From an uncultured Clostridia bacterium (GTDB lineage Bacteria > Bacillota > Clostridia > TANB77 > CAG-465), in the NCBI GenBank assembly GCA_944383015.1, contig CALWOC010000002.1:262383-326382 (forward strand): a DNA stretch of 64,000 bases. Reading direction: 5' to 3'. This document shows positions 29,941-39,516 of this stretch, in pieces (the first letter of the stretch is position 1; the number at the start of each line of letters is the position of its first letter). Below the pieces are notes generated by a model. That model searched no databases. It was not told the DNA's origin and worked only from the letters and a program-made list of their open reading frames with translations. The translations under genes and the position numbers were made by a program.

Positions 29941-29974
29941 TGTGCATATTGCGTGCATATTGTGTGCATATTGT
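29941..29974 (+). repeat. three tandem 11-bp repeats gtgcatattg(c/t) between int and attR (candidate arm-type integrase sites)
   Basis: tgcatattg at 29944, 29955 and 29966. Confidence 0.5.
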
Positions 29975-30018
29975 TGAGCAAATTTTATATGTTTTCTAGC
30001 CTTTTTATAAAGTTTTAA

Positions 30019-30109
30019 TAAATATAATAAAACCCACTATTTTCAACGAATAGCGGGTTTTTTCTAACTTTTTTAACTTTACCGAAAAGTCCTTGTAATT
30101 ATCTTTTAG
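30019..30109. repeat. attR: direct repeat copy overlapping the rpsI terminator and last codons
   Basis: Aligns with 12937-13030; covers the rpsI stop codon (30099-30101) and the bidirectional terminator hairpin cccactatttt-caacg-aatagcggg + T6. Confidence 0.7.
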
Positions 30110-30494
30110 AGAATTGAGGGGCTTTTCTTGCTTTTTTAAGACCGTATTTTCTTCTTTCTTTTACTCTAGAATCTCTAGTTAAAAGACCATTTCTTTTTAA
30201 TACTGCTCTAACTTCAGGATCTGTAGTAGCTAAAGCTTTAGCTATACCATGAGAAACTGCACCTGCTTGACCAGCAAATCCACCACCATGAACTGTAGCT
30301 TCAACATCATATTTTTCCATCATGTTAGCAACTGTAAAAGGTTTTAAAACTATAGCTTTTAAAGTATCTAAAGTATAAATATCATTAATATCTTTTTTAT
30401 TTATTGTTATTTTACCAGTTCCAGGAATAATGTTTACTCTTGCAATTGAAGATTTTCTTTTTCCTGTTGCATAAATATATTCTTTTTTTGCCAT
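30099..30494 (-). CDS. rpsI: 30S ribosomal protein S9
   Basis: Clear S9 sequence (GGGFAGQAGAVSHGIAKAL...KKARKAPQFSKR). Confidence 0.9.
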   Translation of the reverse strand: MAKKEYIYATGKRKSSIARVNIIPGTGKITINKKDINDIYTLDTLKAIVLKPFTVANMMEKYDVEATVHGGGFAGQAGAVSHGIAKALATTDPEVRAVLKRNGLLTRDSRVKERRKYGLKKARKAPQFSKR

Positions 30495-30507
30495 TTTTTA
30501 ATTCCTC

Positions 30508-30942
30508 CTAAAAATTCCACATTTCAGGTTTTTGAGCTTCATGAGTATGCTCAGCACCTTTAAATACTCTTAATTTTGTTAACATTTGTCTACCTAAAGT
30601 ATTGTGTGGTAGCATTCCTTTAACTGCTAGCATAACAGCTTTTTCTGAATTATTAGCCATTAAATCTTTATAAGATACTTCTTTTAGACCTGTCATATAT
30701 TCTGAATGACGTCTATATTTTTTGTCTTGTAATTTGTTACCAGTTAAAACTATTTTATCTGAGTTTATAACTATAACATTGTCTCCACAATCAATGTGTG
30801 TAGAATAAGTAGGTTTGTGTTTACCTCTTAAAAGTCTAGCTGCTTCTGTAGCTACTCTACCAAGTGGCTTATTTGCTGCATCTAGAATATACCATTTTTT
30901 TTCGATTTCATTAGCTTTAACGCTATGTGTAGTATTATTCAT
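30508..30942 (-). CDS. rplM: 50S ribosomal protein L13
   Basis: Clear L13 sequence. Confidence 0.9.
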   Translation of the reverse strand: MNNTTHSVKANEIEKKWYILDAANKPLGRVATEAARLLRGKHKPTYSTHIDCGDNVIVINSDKIVLTGNKLQDKKYRRHSEYMTGLKEVSYKDLMANNSEKAVMLAVKGMLPHNTLGRQMLTKLRVFKGAEHTHEAQKPEMWNF

Positions 30943-31018
30943 CTTAATTTATCCTCCTAAAATATACTCTTAGAAAGTCAAATTTTCCGGGGTTATAGTT
31001 TGACTAACTATACGATAC
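30943..31018 (-). ncRNA. structured 5' leader of rplM-rpsI (candidate L13 autoregulatory leader)
   Basis: ~75-nt leader between the consensus promoter and the ATG, containing nested stems (agtcaaa...tttgact; tatagtt...aactata). Confidence 0.3.
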
Positions 31019-31025
31019 TCAAATA

Positions 31026-31054
31026 TTATACATTTTTTTTACAAAAATGTCAAC
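31026..31054 (-). promoter_or_regulatory. consensus sigma-A promoter TTGACA-17-TATAAT for rplM-rpsI
   Basis: Minus-strand reading ttgacatttttgtaaaaaaaatgtataat. Confidence 0.6.
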
Positions 31055-31181
31055 TAAATAAATAAAAACTTATGAAAAAAGTGCATATATAAAATTTATA
31101 TCTAATATTAAAATACTTGCAAAAATAATTGTTTTATAGTAAGATATGTTTAGTAGAAAAAATTATAGTGAGGAATAGATA

Positions 31182-32816
31182 ATGATAAAATATGAGGTTT
31201 ATGAAGGCGTATTCGATATGGATTTTGCAGATACTTCTGCTACCCTTATTGATGCCAAAGAAAAAGGAAGACTAAGAAATATAATTAATAACTTAAATAT
31301 GTATGCAGATAACGCAAAGATAATCACTGAGTTATATACAAACGTGCTTTTAGATGAGAATGTATCATATTTTTTACCTAAGATTACTCAGCAAGATGTT
31401 TTTATGAGACATTTTCCAGAACTTTTTGTGTACAATGAATATGGAGAAAATTTATTTAATTGTCAGCAAAATAGTAGATATCATAGATACAGTGTATTTC
31501 ATCATATTGTAGCAAGTATAGAATGTGCAAATGTATCAGAAATTTCTATAGCAGATTGGCAAAAGAAAATAATAAAATGGACTATGTTTTTACATGATAT
31601 AGGAAAGCCATATGTAAAGAAAATATCAGAAGATGGAACAGATAGTTTTGTTGGGCATGATGAAAAATCAATAGAACTTGCAGAGACAATACTAAATAGA
31701 TTTGATTTTAGTAAAGAGGAAAAAAATATAATATTAACTTTAATTAAGTATCATGATAAGTATTTATCAGTTGAAGAAGTTACTAATGAAAATTTAACAT
31801 TTCTTGCTAAAGAGCTTAATAACGATAGAGAACTTTTCTATTTGTTAATTAATGTTAAGGATGCAGACTCGAAAGCAAAGAACACCGAAGCATATAACAA
31901 TTTTAAAATAATTAAAGAAAAATATTATGAATTTGCAAATACTTATTTTGAACAGAGTACAAGAAAGAAGATTGAAATAAAAGAATCTACTATTGAGGGT
32001 TCAAAGGTAGAAGACAAAAAAGAGTTAGAGCAAGAGACTAAGCTTACAAGTAAAGATATAAAAGAACTTATTGATGAAATAATAACAAAAAAATCAATAA
32101 GAGTAAGATATCAACCAATTGTTGATTTAAAGACACAATCTGTATTTGGATATGAAGCTTTATCACAAATTAGTTCTGCTAAAAAAATAAAAATAGAAAA
32201 ACTTCTTGAGGTTGCAAAAGATTATAATGACTATGACAAATTACAACAAATTTTATTTACTAATGCAATTGAGCAATTTGAAAGTGTGGTAAATAGAGAT
32301 TCTAATATTATAATGGTAAATATAGATTATGATAGCTATGTAAACTATGTAAATAAACCTAGAATATATGATATGATGGCAAGAAATAAAGTTGTAATTG
32401 AATTTAAAAATTATGATAATAAAGATTTAACAGATATACAAGAAACTATTCAATCTATACATTTAAAAGGTGGTCAAGTAGCATTTGATAATTTTAAGTT
32501 GGATAATTTATCTATAGAAGATATTTGTTATTTAGATATAGATTATATAATACCAGATATGTCTTTTATAAAAGATATATATAAAGATTTTGAAAAACAG
32601 AAATTTATTAATAGTTTAATAACATATACGATTTCTAAAGATATAAATTTAATAGCTGTTGGAGTAGAAAATAAAAGAATATTGGATACTTTAAAATTAG
32701 TTGGAGTTAGACTTGTTCAAGGATATTACTTTGGAAAACCTTTACCTGAGATTAATATGATGAATGATGATATATTTGATTTATTAAATAAAGAAGAAGA
32801 TCAATCTATTATGTAA
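31182..32816 (+). CDS. HDIG-domain + EAL-domain protein (putative c-di-GMP phosphodiesterase)
   Basis: HD motifs (FHH, MFLHDIGKP, GHDE, KYHDK, KDAD); C-terminal EAL domain (YQPIVDLKTQSVFGYEALSQ). Confidence 0.65.
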   Translation: MIKYEVYEGVFDMDFADTSATLIDAKEKGRLRNIINNLNMYADNAKIITELYTNVLLDENVSYFLPKITQQDVFMRHFPELFVYNEYGENLFNCQQNSRYHRYSVFHHIVASIECANVSEISIADWQKKIIKWTMFLHDIGKPYVKKISEDGTDSFVGHDEKSIELAETILNRFDFSKEEKNIILTLIKYHDKYLSVEEVTNENLTFLAKELNNDRELFYLLINVKDADSKAKNTEAYNNFKIIKEKYYEFANTYFEQSTRKKIEIKESTIEGSKVEDKKELEQETKLTSKDIKELIDEIITKKSIRVRYQPIVDLKTQSVFGYEALSQISSAKKIKIEKLLEVAKDYNDYDKLQQILFTNAIEQFESVVNRDSNIIMVNIDYDSYVNYVNKPRIYDMMARNKVVIEFKNYDNKDLTDIQETIQSIHLKGGQVAFDNFKLDNLSIEDICYLDIDYIIPDMSFIKDIYKDFEKQKFINSLITYTISKDINLIAVGVENKRILDTLKLVGVRLVQGYYFGKPLPEINMMNDDIFDLLNKEEDQSIM

Positions 32817-32820
32817 TAAA

Positions 32821-32845
32821 AAAAGAGCAAGAATATCTTGCTCTT
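32821..32845 (+). terminator. terminator after the HDIG-EAL gene
   Basis: agagcaag-aatat-cttgctct + T-run. Confidence 0.6.
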
Positions 32846-32888
32846 TTAAAGATAGTAAAAAAGTTTAATAAAATTTTAAAATTATGTG

Positions 32889-32937
32889 TTGACAAACTAA
32901 AAAATTAATAGTATAATGATAAACGAACAAACGTTCT
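32889..32937 (+). promoter_or_regulatory. recA promoter (TTGACA-17-TATAAT) with LexA/DinR Cheo box CGAACAAACGTTCT
   Basis: -35 at 32889-32894, -10 at 32912-32917, Cheo box at 32924-32937 matching CGAACRNRYGTTYC. Confidence 0.7.
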
Positions 32938-32962
32938 TGATAAGAATAAGGGGGAGAAATTT

Positions 32963-34024
32963 ATGATATCTGAAGAAAGAAAAAAAGCATTAGATATAGC
33001 AATGGCACAAATAGAAAAAAATTTTGGTAAAGGTGCTGTAATGAAATTAGGTGAAGTTGGAGATGTAAGTATTGATACAATTCCATCAGGAGCTTTAAGT
33101 TTAGATATAGCATTAGGAATAGGTGGTTTTCCTAGAGGAAGAATTATTGAGATTTTTGGACCTGAATCATCAGGAAAAACAACTGTTGCTTTACATGCTA
33201 TAGCAGAAGCACAAAAATTAGGTGGTATAGCAGCATTCATTGATGCTGAGCATGCTTTAGATCCTGTTTATGCTAGAAATTTAGGTGTAGACGTAGATAA
33301 TCTTATTGTTGCTCAACCAGATACAGGAGAACAAGCTTTGGAGATTGCAGAACAACTTGTTAGAAGTGGAGCGGTTGATATCATAACTATCGACTCTGTT
33401 GCAGCATTAGTTCCTAAAGCTGAGATTGACGGTGAAATGGGAGACTCTCACGTTGGTTTACAAGCAAGGCTAATGTCACAAGCTTTAAGAAAATTAACTG
33501 GAGTATTAAACAAATCAAACACAGTTGCAATATTCATAAATCAGTTACGTGAAAAAGTTGGTGTTATGTTTGGAAATCCAGAAACAACACCAGGTGGTAG
33601 AGCTTTAAAATTTTATGCTTCAGTAAGACTTGATGTTAGAAAACAAGAAGCTATAAAAATAAATGGTGAAGTAATGGGAACAAGAACTAAAGTAAAAGTT
33701 GTAAAAAATAAAGTTGCACCTCCATTTAGAGAAGCAGTATTTGATATTGTATATGGAAAAGGTATTTCAAATGAGGGATGTGTACTTGATCTTGCTACAG
33801 ATATGAATATAGTAGATAAAAGTGGTGCTTGGTTTGCATATAATGGTCAAAAGATTGGTCAAGGTAGAGAAAATGCTAAGCAATTTCTTGCACAAAATCC
33901 TGATATAATGAAAGAAATTGAAGGAAAGGTTAGAGAAAACTTTAATTTAGCTTTTGAAAATAGTATGACAGGAGCATCTGATTCAGATGAAGAACAAGAA
34001 GAAGAATTTTTAGATGAAGAGTAA
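32963..34024 (+). CDS. recA: recombinase RecA
   Basis: Unmistakable RecA sequence (GPESSGKTT, Walker motifs, L1/L2 loops). Confidence 0.95.
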   Translation: MISEERKKALDIAMAQIEKNFGKGAVMKLGEVGDVSIDTIPSGALSLDIALGIGGFPRGRIIEIFGPESSGKTTVALHAIAEAQKLGGIAAFIDAEHALDPVYARNLGVDVDNLIVAQPDTGEQALEIAEQLVRSGAVDIITIDSVAALVPKAEIDGEMGDSHVGLQARLMSQALRKLTGVLNKSNTVAIFINQLREKVGVMFGNPETTPGGRALKFYASVRLDVRKQEAIKINGEVMGTRTKVKVVKNKVAPPFREAVFDIVYGKGISNEGCVLDLATDMNIVDKSGAWFAYNGQKIGQGRENAKQFLAQNPDIMKEIEGKVRENFNLAFENSMTGASDSDEEQEEEFLDEE

Positions 34025-34179
34025 TTAAAAAGATGCATGAAAATGCATCTTTTTTTATATTATAGATAGGAAAAATCAATTTTTTTGTTAAAAATTACGA
34101 CGAAAAACGGCAAAAAAAAGAATAAAATATTTGCAAATGTATGTTCTTAAATTATAAAATTCTCCTAAGGAGGTGGCAA

Positions 34180-34599
34180 ATGGAGTTTGAAGAAGCAAAA
34201 GAAAGGGCAGTGAGATATTTAGTACTTGCCTTAAGAACTCAAAGAGAAGTAGAAAATAAGCTAAGAAAGTTAAAAGTAAATGATGAAATTATATTTCAAG
34301 TGGTAGAATATCTTAAGGATATAGGATATATAGATGATTTAAAATATGTAGATGCTTATCTTAGGCAATGTATATCAATTCCAAAATATTCTGTATATGA
34401 AATAAAGATGAAACTTTTACAAAAAGGGATAGATAAAGAGTTATTGCAAAAAAAGTTATCTAAGTTTAATTCAAAAAATTATGAAAAGAAATTAGTAGAA
34501 AAACTTTTAAATGGAAAGTTAAAAAATATGGAACCTATTAAGCAAAAGGCATACTTGTATAGAAGGGGGTTTAATATAAGTGATAATTTTGAAATGTAA
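34180..34599 (+). CDS. recX: regulatory protein RecX
   Basis: RecX-like helical repeats; downstream of recA; start at MEFEEAK after RBS aaggaggtgg. Confidence 0.65.
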   Translation: MEFEEAKERAVRYLVLALRTQREVENKLRKLKVNDEIIFQVVEYLKDIGYIDDLKYVDAYLRQCISIPKYSVYEIKMKLLQKGIDKELLQKKLSKFNSKNYEKKLVEKLLNGKLKNMEPIKQKAYLYRRGFNISDNFEM

Positions 34600-35022
34600 A
34601 GATAAAAAAGAATACTCAAAATTTATAGTTAGTGCTTGTGATGAAATTTCAAATCTTACAGAAGAGCAATATGAAAATGAAAGAAAATTTTTTACATCAT
34701 TTGATGAAGAACTGGAAATTTTAATTAAAAATTTAAGTAAAAAAGTGAAATTGAAAATGATGTAAATGAGTAGTTTTACAGAAGAAGAGAAAATTAAAAA
34801 AAAATATTATGAATTTTTTAGAGTAAGTATTTTAGGTGTAAAATATGAAGAGAATAAAATAACTACTGTAAAAACAAGAAAATGATATTCCTAATTAAGT
34901 ATATTCATTATTTATAAAAGTAATAATATGAAGATGAGACTTAGTCTTATCTTTTTTCTTAGTATTTACTTGAAAAAAGAACTCTTAAAGTATATAATCT
35001 AATTATATTTAGGAGGATACGT

Positions 35023-35772
35023 ATGAAAATAAATACACCAACACCACATAATGAAGCAAAATATGGAGAAATCGCAAAGACTGTTTTAATGCCAGGAGAT
35101 CCTTTAAGAGCAAAGTATATAGCAGAAAATTTTTTAGATGATGCAAAGTTATATAATAATGTAAGAGGAATGCTAGGATATACAGGAAAATATAAGGGTG
35201 TAACTGTTTCTGTTCAAGGAAGCGGGATGGGTGTTCCATCCATGGCAATATACTCTAAAGAACTCTTTGAAGGTTATGATGTAGATAATATAATTAGAAT
35301 TGGCAGTGCAGGTTCTTTAGATAATGATAATGCTTGTGATATTTGTAAAAGTGTAAATTTAGGAGATATTATAATAGCGCAAGATGTTGTAACTGATTCA
35401 AATTATATTAAAGCAAACAAATATAATGTTATTCCTATAGCATCAGATAGAATTTTAAATGTTGCTAAGGAGGAATGTAGAAATTTAAGCAATATTAAGT
35501 TTGGTACAATATACACTTCTGATACATTTTATATGGAACATAAGCTACTTGAAGAAATGTCAAAAAAACCTGTTTTAGGTGTAGAAATGGAAACTTTAGC
35601 TTTGTATACTAATGCAAAAGTAGCAAATAAAAATGCTATAGCAATGTTTACAGTAACAGATAAACTTTTAAGAGGAATATCTGTACCATCTAGTGATAGA
35701 CAAACAGGATTAAATCAAATGATAGAATTAGCATTAGAAATTGCAATAAAATTAGAAAAGGGAAAAGATTAA
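35023..35772 (+). CDS. deoD: purine nucleoside phosphorylase DeoD-type
   Basis: Close match to DeoD (VLMPGDPLRAKYIAENFL...VRGMLGYTGKYKG); TTGAAA-17-TATAAT promoter upstream. Confidence 0.85.
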   Translation: MKINTPTPHNEAKYGEIAKTVLMPGDPLRAKYIAENFLDDAKLYNNVRGMLGYTGKYKGVTVSVQGSGMGVPSMAIYSKELFEGYDVDNIIRIGSAGSLDNDNACDICKSVNLGDIIIAQDVVTDSNYIKANKYNVIPIASDRILNVAKEECRNLSNIKFGTIYTSDTFYMEHKLLEEMSKKPVLGVEMETLALYTNAKVANKNAIAMFTVTDKLLRGISVPSSDRQTGLNQMIELALEIAIKLEKGKD

Positions 35773-35773
35773 T

Positions 35774-36562
35774 ATGAATGGCATTGAAAAGATAGAAGAT
35801 ATTAAATTTAATATAAAAAACTTTGAAGGACCACTTGATTTATTGCTATATTTAATATCTAAAAATAAAAAAGATATTTTTGAAATATCTTTAAGCGAGC
35901 TTACAGATGAATATGTTTCATATTTGAATATAATGGATGAAAATAATATTGAAGTGGCATCAGAATTTATTGTTATGGCATCTACACTTTTAGATATAAA
36001 AGCAAGAAAGCTTTTACCACAGTTAGAAGATGATGAGGAAGAAGAACAAATATCTGAAGAAGAACTTTTAAGAAAAATATCTCTGTATAAATTATATAAA
36101 GAGGCATCAGAAAAAATTAATGAGTTGTATAAAGTAAACTTTGGATCTTTTACAAAAGCTTTTGAAAAGATAAAATTTAAAAGAAAAGTAGAATATACAG
36201 GGGATAAATTTACAAAGCAGGATATTTTTAATACATATTCAAATATTTTATTTAGGAATCAAAATAAGATAAATAAAAATGCAAAAGAAATTGAAAAAAT
36301 AGCTGTATATGAAAAATATACAGTTCAAGACAAAGTAAAGCAAATTGTTGGTTACTTAAATGATAATGGAAGCATGGTGTTTAATAATGTATTTAATAAT
36401 ACTTGTGATAATGTAGAAATTGTAACTGCATTTTTAGGAGTATTAGAACTTGGAAGAATGAAACAAGTAGATATAAATCAGAAGTACTTGTTTTCAGATA
36501 TAAATGTTACAAGAAAAAATGAAGCAAAAATAGATATAGATGTATCAACTTTAAATTATTAG
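35774..36562 (+). CDS. scpA: segregation and condensation protein A
   Basis: FEGPLDLLLYLISKNKKDIFEISLSELTDEY ScpA signature. Confidence 0.8.
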   Translation: MNGIEKIEDIKFNIKNFEGPLDLLLYLISKNKKDIFEISLSELTDEYVSYLNIMDENNIEVASEFIVMASTLLDIKARKLLPQLEDDEEEEQISEEELLRKISLYKLYKEASEKINELYKVNFGSFTKAFEKIKFKRKVEYTGDKFTKQDIFNTYSNILFRNQNKINKNAKEIEKIAVYEKYTVQDKVKQIVGYLNDNGSMVFNNVFNNTCDNVEIVTAFLGVLELGRMKQVDINQKYLFSDINVTRKNEAKIDIDVSTLNY

Positions 36563-36633
36563 TACGGTTATACCGTACTTTTTTTGTTATATTTTTTTAC
36601 TTCGTGAATATATATTAAATAGGAGGGATAAAT

Positions 36634-36882
36634 ATGTTAAGATGCGTAGGAAAAAATATAATAGTAGAATTAAGTGATAAAAATGAATATGAAAAAAATG
36701 GAATAATAATTAAAACTACTTCATCAAATCTTATAGGAAAAGTTATATGTGTAGGAAAAGATGTAATAGAGATTAAGCAGGAGGATAAAGTTATATATAA
36801 TGAGTCGTATGCTAGAAAAATTATATATGATAGTATGGAGTATTTTGTTTTAAATGAAAAGGATGTATTAGCAATAATTTAA
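36634..36882 (+). CDS. divergent GroES-like co-chaperonin (Cpn10 family)
   Basis: 82 aa; GroES-like pattern including a mobile-loop-like segment (EKNGIIIKTTSSNLIGKVICVGKD); directly upstream of the GroEL-like gene. Confidence 0.45.
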   Translation: MLRCVGKNIIVELSDKNEYEKNGIIIKTTSSNLIGKVICVGKDVIEIKQEDKVIYNESYARKIIYDSMEYFVLNEKDVLAII

Positions 36883-36898
36883 GGGGGATTAATTTATT

Positions 36899-38479
36899 AT
36901 GAAGAAAATATTATATGGCAATGATGCTAAAGAAGCAATTTTAAGGGGTGTAGAAAAGCTATCTAATGCAGTAAATATAACTTTAGGACCAAAAGGAAAA
37001 AACGTTGCATTAAAGAATGAATTTTCATCTCCTGTAATAATTAATGATGGCGTTTCTATTGCAAAAGAAATTCAGTTAGATGATGAAATAGAAAATTTAG
37101 GAGCAGAACTTTTAAAAGAAGTTGCATTAAAGACTAATGATATTGCAGGAGACGGAACAACAACTGCAACTGTTCTTGCTCATAGTATGGTAAAAGAAGG
37201 TATGAAAAATATAACAGCAGGAGCCAACCCTGTTCAAATTAGAAATGGTATGAATAAGACTCTTAAAGAGGCTGTTAAGGTAATAAAAGAAATATCACAA
37301 ACTATTGAATCAAATGACCAAATAAAAGAGATAGCTGTTATATCTTCAGGAGACTATGAAATTGGAAATTTAATAAGTAAAGCAATAGATATGATTGGAA
37401 AAGAAGGTGTGATTACTGTTGATGAGTCAAAGACTACAAATACAAACTTAAATATTGTGGAGGGATTAAAAATAAATAGTGGATATATATCTTCATATAT
37501 GGTTGGAGATAATATGAAAATGGAAGAGGTATTAGAAAATCCATATATTTTAATATCTAATAAGAAAATAACAAGTGTACAAGAAGTTTTACCTCTTATA
37601 GAAAAAGTATCTCAAACTAATAGAGCGCTAGTATTAATTGTAGATGATATTGAAGGCGAAGCACTAGCAACTTTAATTGTAAATAAAATTAGAGGCACTT
37701 TTAATTCAATAGCAGTAAAGGCTCCAAGTTTTGGTGAGGAAAGAAGACAAATACTTGAAGATATAGCAACTGTGACAGGAGGAAATTTAATTGATGACGA
37801 AATTTTGTCTGATTTAAAAGAAGTAAGTTTAGCAGATTTAGGAAGTGCAAAGAGTGTAAAAATATCTAAGGATAATACAATAATTCTTAGAGGAAATGGA
37901 AAAGAAGAAAAAATTACTCAAAAAATAGAAGATACTAAAAATAATATTCTTGCTCAAAGTAGTGAAGAAGAAATTAAAAAACTTAGAAGAAGACTTGCTA
38001 GACTTTTAGGAGGAATTGCTGTAATAGAAGTGGGAGCAGCAACACAAACGGAGCTTAATGAAAAAAAGCTTAGAATTGAAGATGCTTTATCTGCTACAAG
38101 AGCTGCTATAGAAGAAGGTATTGTAGAAGGAGGTGGAAGGGCATATATAACAGTGGAGAATAAAATAAAAGGATTTGTAAATAGACTTATAGAAGGAGAG
38201 CAAGTTGGAGGTAATATAGTCCTTAAGGCTTTAGAAAAACCTTTATATCATATTGCAGAAAATGCTGGTCAAAATGGAGATATTATAGTAGAGAAAGTAA
38301 AAGAGAGTAAGGATGAAATTGGCTATAATGCTAATGAAAATGTTTTAGTAAATATGAAAGAAGAGGGAATAATTGATCCTACTAAAGTTACAAGAACTGC
38401 CTTAGAAAATGCTGTTTCTATTTCTTCTATGATACTTACAACAGATGCTGCTATATGTAATGTAGATAAAGAAATTTAA
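36899..38479 (+). CDS. divergent GroEL-like chaperonin (Cpn60 family) lacking the C-terminal GGM tail
   Basis: Conserved Cpn60 motifs (TLGPKGKNV, DGVSIAKEI, AGDGTTTATVLA, GEALATLIVNKIRG, AAIEEGIVEGGG) but only ~45-50% similar to canonical GroEL by eye; ends ...AAICNVDKEI. Confidence 0.8.
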   Translation: MKKILYGNDAKEAILRGVEKLSNAVNITLGPKGKNVALKNEFSSPVIINDGVSIAKEIQLDDEIENLGAELLKEVALKTNDIAGDGTTTATVLAHSMVKEGMKNITAGANPVQIRNGMNKTLKEAVKVIKEISQTIESNDQIKEIAVISSGDYEIGNLISKAIDMIGKEGVITVDESKTTNTNLNIVEGLKINSGYISSYMVGDNMKMEEVLENPYILISNKKITSVQEVLPLIEKVSQTNRALVLIVDDIEGEALATLIVNKIRGTFNSIAVKAPSFGEERRQILEDIATVTGGNLIDDEILSDLKEVSLADLGSAKSVKISKDNTIILRGNGKEEKITQKIEDTKNNILAQSSEEEIKKLRRRLARLLGGIAVIEVGAATQTELNEKKLRIEDALSATRAAIEEGIVEGGGRAYITVENKIKGFVNRLIEGEQVGGNIVLKALEKPLYHIAENAGQNGDIIVEKVKESKDEIGYNANENVLVNMKEEGIIDPTKVTRTALENAVSISSMILTTDAAICNVDKEI

Positions 38480-38513
38480 AAAAAGAAATTCTTCATTTTC
38501 ATGAAGAATTTCT

Positions 38514-38969
38514 TTAGCTTAAAACAGTTGGTCCAGTTACATATGAAAATCCGCCCATTAATGATAGTATAATACAAACTATTAGAATTATTAAAGATAT
38601 AATATATGCCACTTTACTAATAGCTTGTGAATTATCCTTTTTTAAAGCCTTTTTTGAAAGTATAAATGCAGGGACAACTAATATATATGAAAAGACAACT
38701 TGCATAAATATTAATAAAGGTATAGTTATAATTGAAAGCACTGTTGATAATATTGAAAATGTTTTAGCATTTTCTTTTTTTATTTTTATAAAATTTGCTA
38801 TATTCATTGTCACTATAATTGCTCCAATACCTATTACGCCTGGAATTAATCTATAGTTTTGATTTTTTACTATTATAATAACATAGATAATACATAATAA
38901 AATTAAAATAGCTGTTATAATTTTTACTATGATACTATTATTTTCTTTCTTTTTTTGACTATTTCGCAT
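38514..38969 (-). CDS. hypothetical polytopic membrane protein
   Basis: Four predicted TM segments. Confidence 0.4.
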   Translation of the reverse strand: MRNSQKKKENNSIIVKIITAILILLCIIYVIIIVKNQNYRLIPGVIGIGAIIVTMNIANFIKIKKENAKTFSILSTVLSIITIPLLIFMQVVFSYILVVPAFILSKKALKKDNSQAISKVAYIISLIILIVCIILSLMGGFSYVTGPTVLS

Positions 38970-39109
38970 TTTTCACACCTCTTATATGTGTATTATATTA
39001 TATAAAGTTGTCAAAGTCAATTAAAATATATAATTACTAATAGGTTATTTTGCTTGCAAATAAGGATGATTTAATATATAATATTATGTATATAAAGTAG
39101 GAGATTTTT

Positions 39110-39505
39110 ATGGAAGAATATATAGATAATATAGATATCCAGACAGTTTCGGCACAGACTTTGGCTTTTATTGGAGATGCTGTATATAATGTATATATAA
39201 GGACATATTTAACAAGTAAATCAACAGCAAAAGCAGGATTGCTACATAATCAATCAATAAAATATGTGAGTGCAAAAGGTCAGTCTGAAACAATAGATAA
39301 GATTATGGACATGCTTACAGAAGAAGAGGTATCTGTATATAAAAGAGGAAGAAACACAAATATTTCAACAGTTTCAAAACATGTTGACGTTGTTGAATAT
39401 AAAAAGGCAACAGGTTTTGAATGTTTAATAGGCTATTTGTATGTTACTAGACAAAAAGAAAGGTTAGATGAAATAGTAAAAGAGAGTATAAAGTGCTTTA
39501 ATTAG
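39110..39505 (+). CDS. mrnC: mini-ribonuclease 3
   Basis: LAFIGDAVYNVYIRTYL motif and ~130 aa size typical of Mini-III. Confidence 0.75.
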   Translation: MEEYIDNIDIQTVSAQTLAFIGDAVYNVYIRTYLTSKSTAKAGLLHNQSIKYVSAKGQSETIDKIMDMLTEEEVSVYKRGRNTNISTVSKHVDVVEYKKATGFECLIGYLYVTRQKERLDEIVKESIKCFN

Positions 39506-39516
39506 GAGGAAAAGTT

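Larger units (their letters stand above)
12937..30109. mobile_element. integrated ~17.2 kb element inserted at the 3' end/terminator of rpsI, with attL, attR, int and xis
   Basis: Imperfect direct repeats 12937-13030 and 30019-30109; 17-nt block taaatataataaaaccc identical at both; both include the rpsI terminator hairpin. Tyrosine integrase and Xis-like gene lie at the right end. Several interior ORFs have more extreme AT content. Confidence 0.75.

Noticed and set aside
32905-33240. 111-aa minus-strand ORF
   Set aside because: Lies antisense within the well-supported recA gene and is Pro/Ala-rich low complexity. Spurious.
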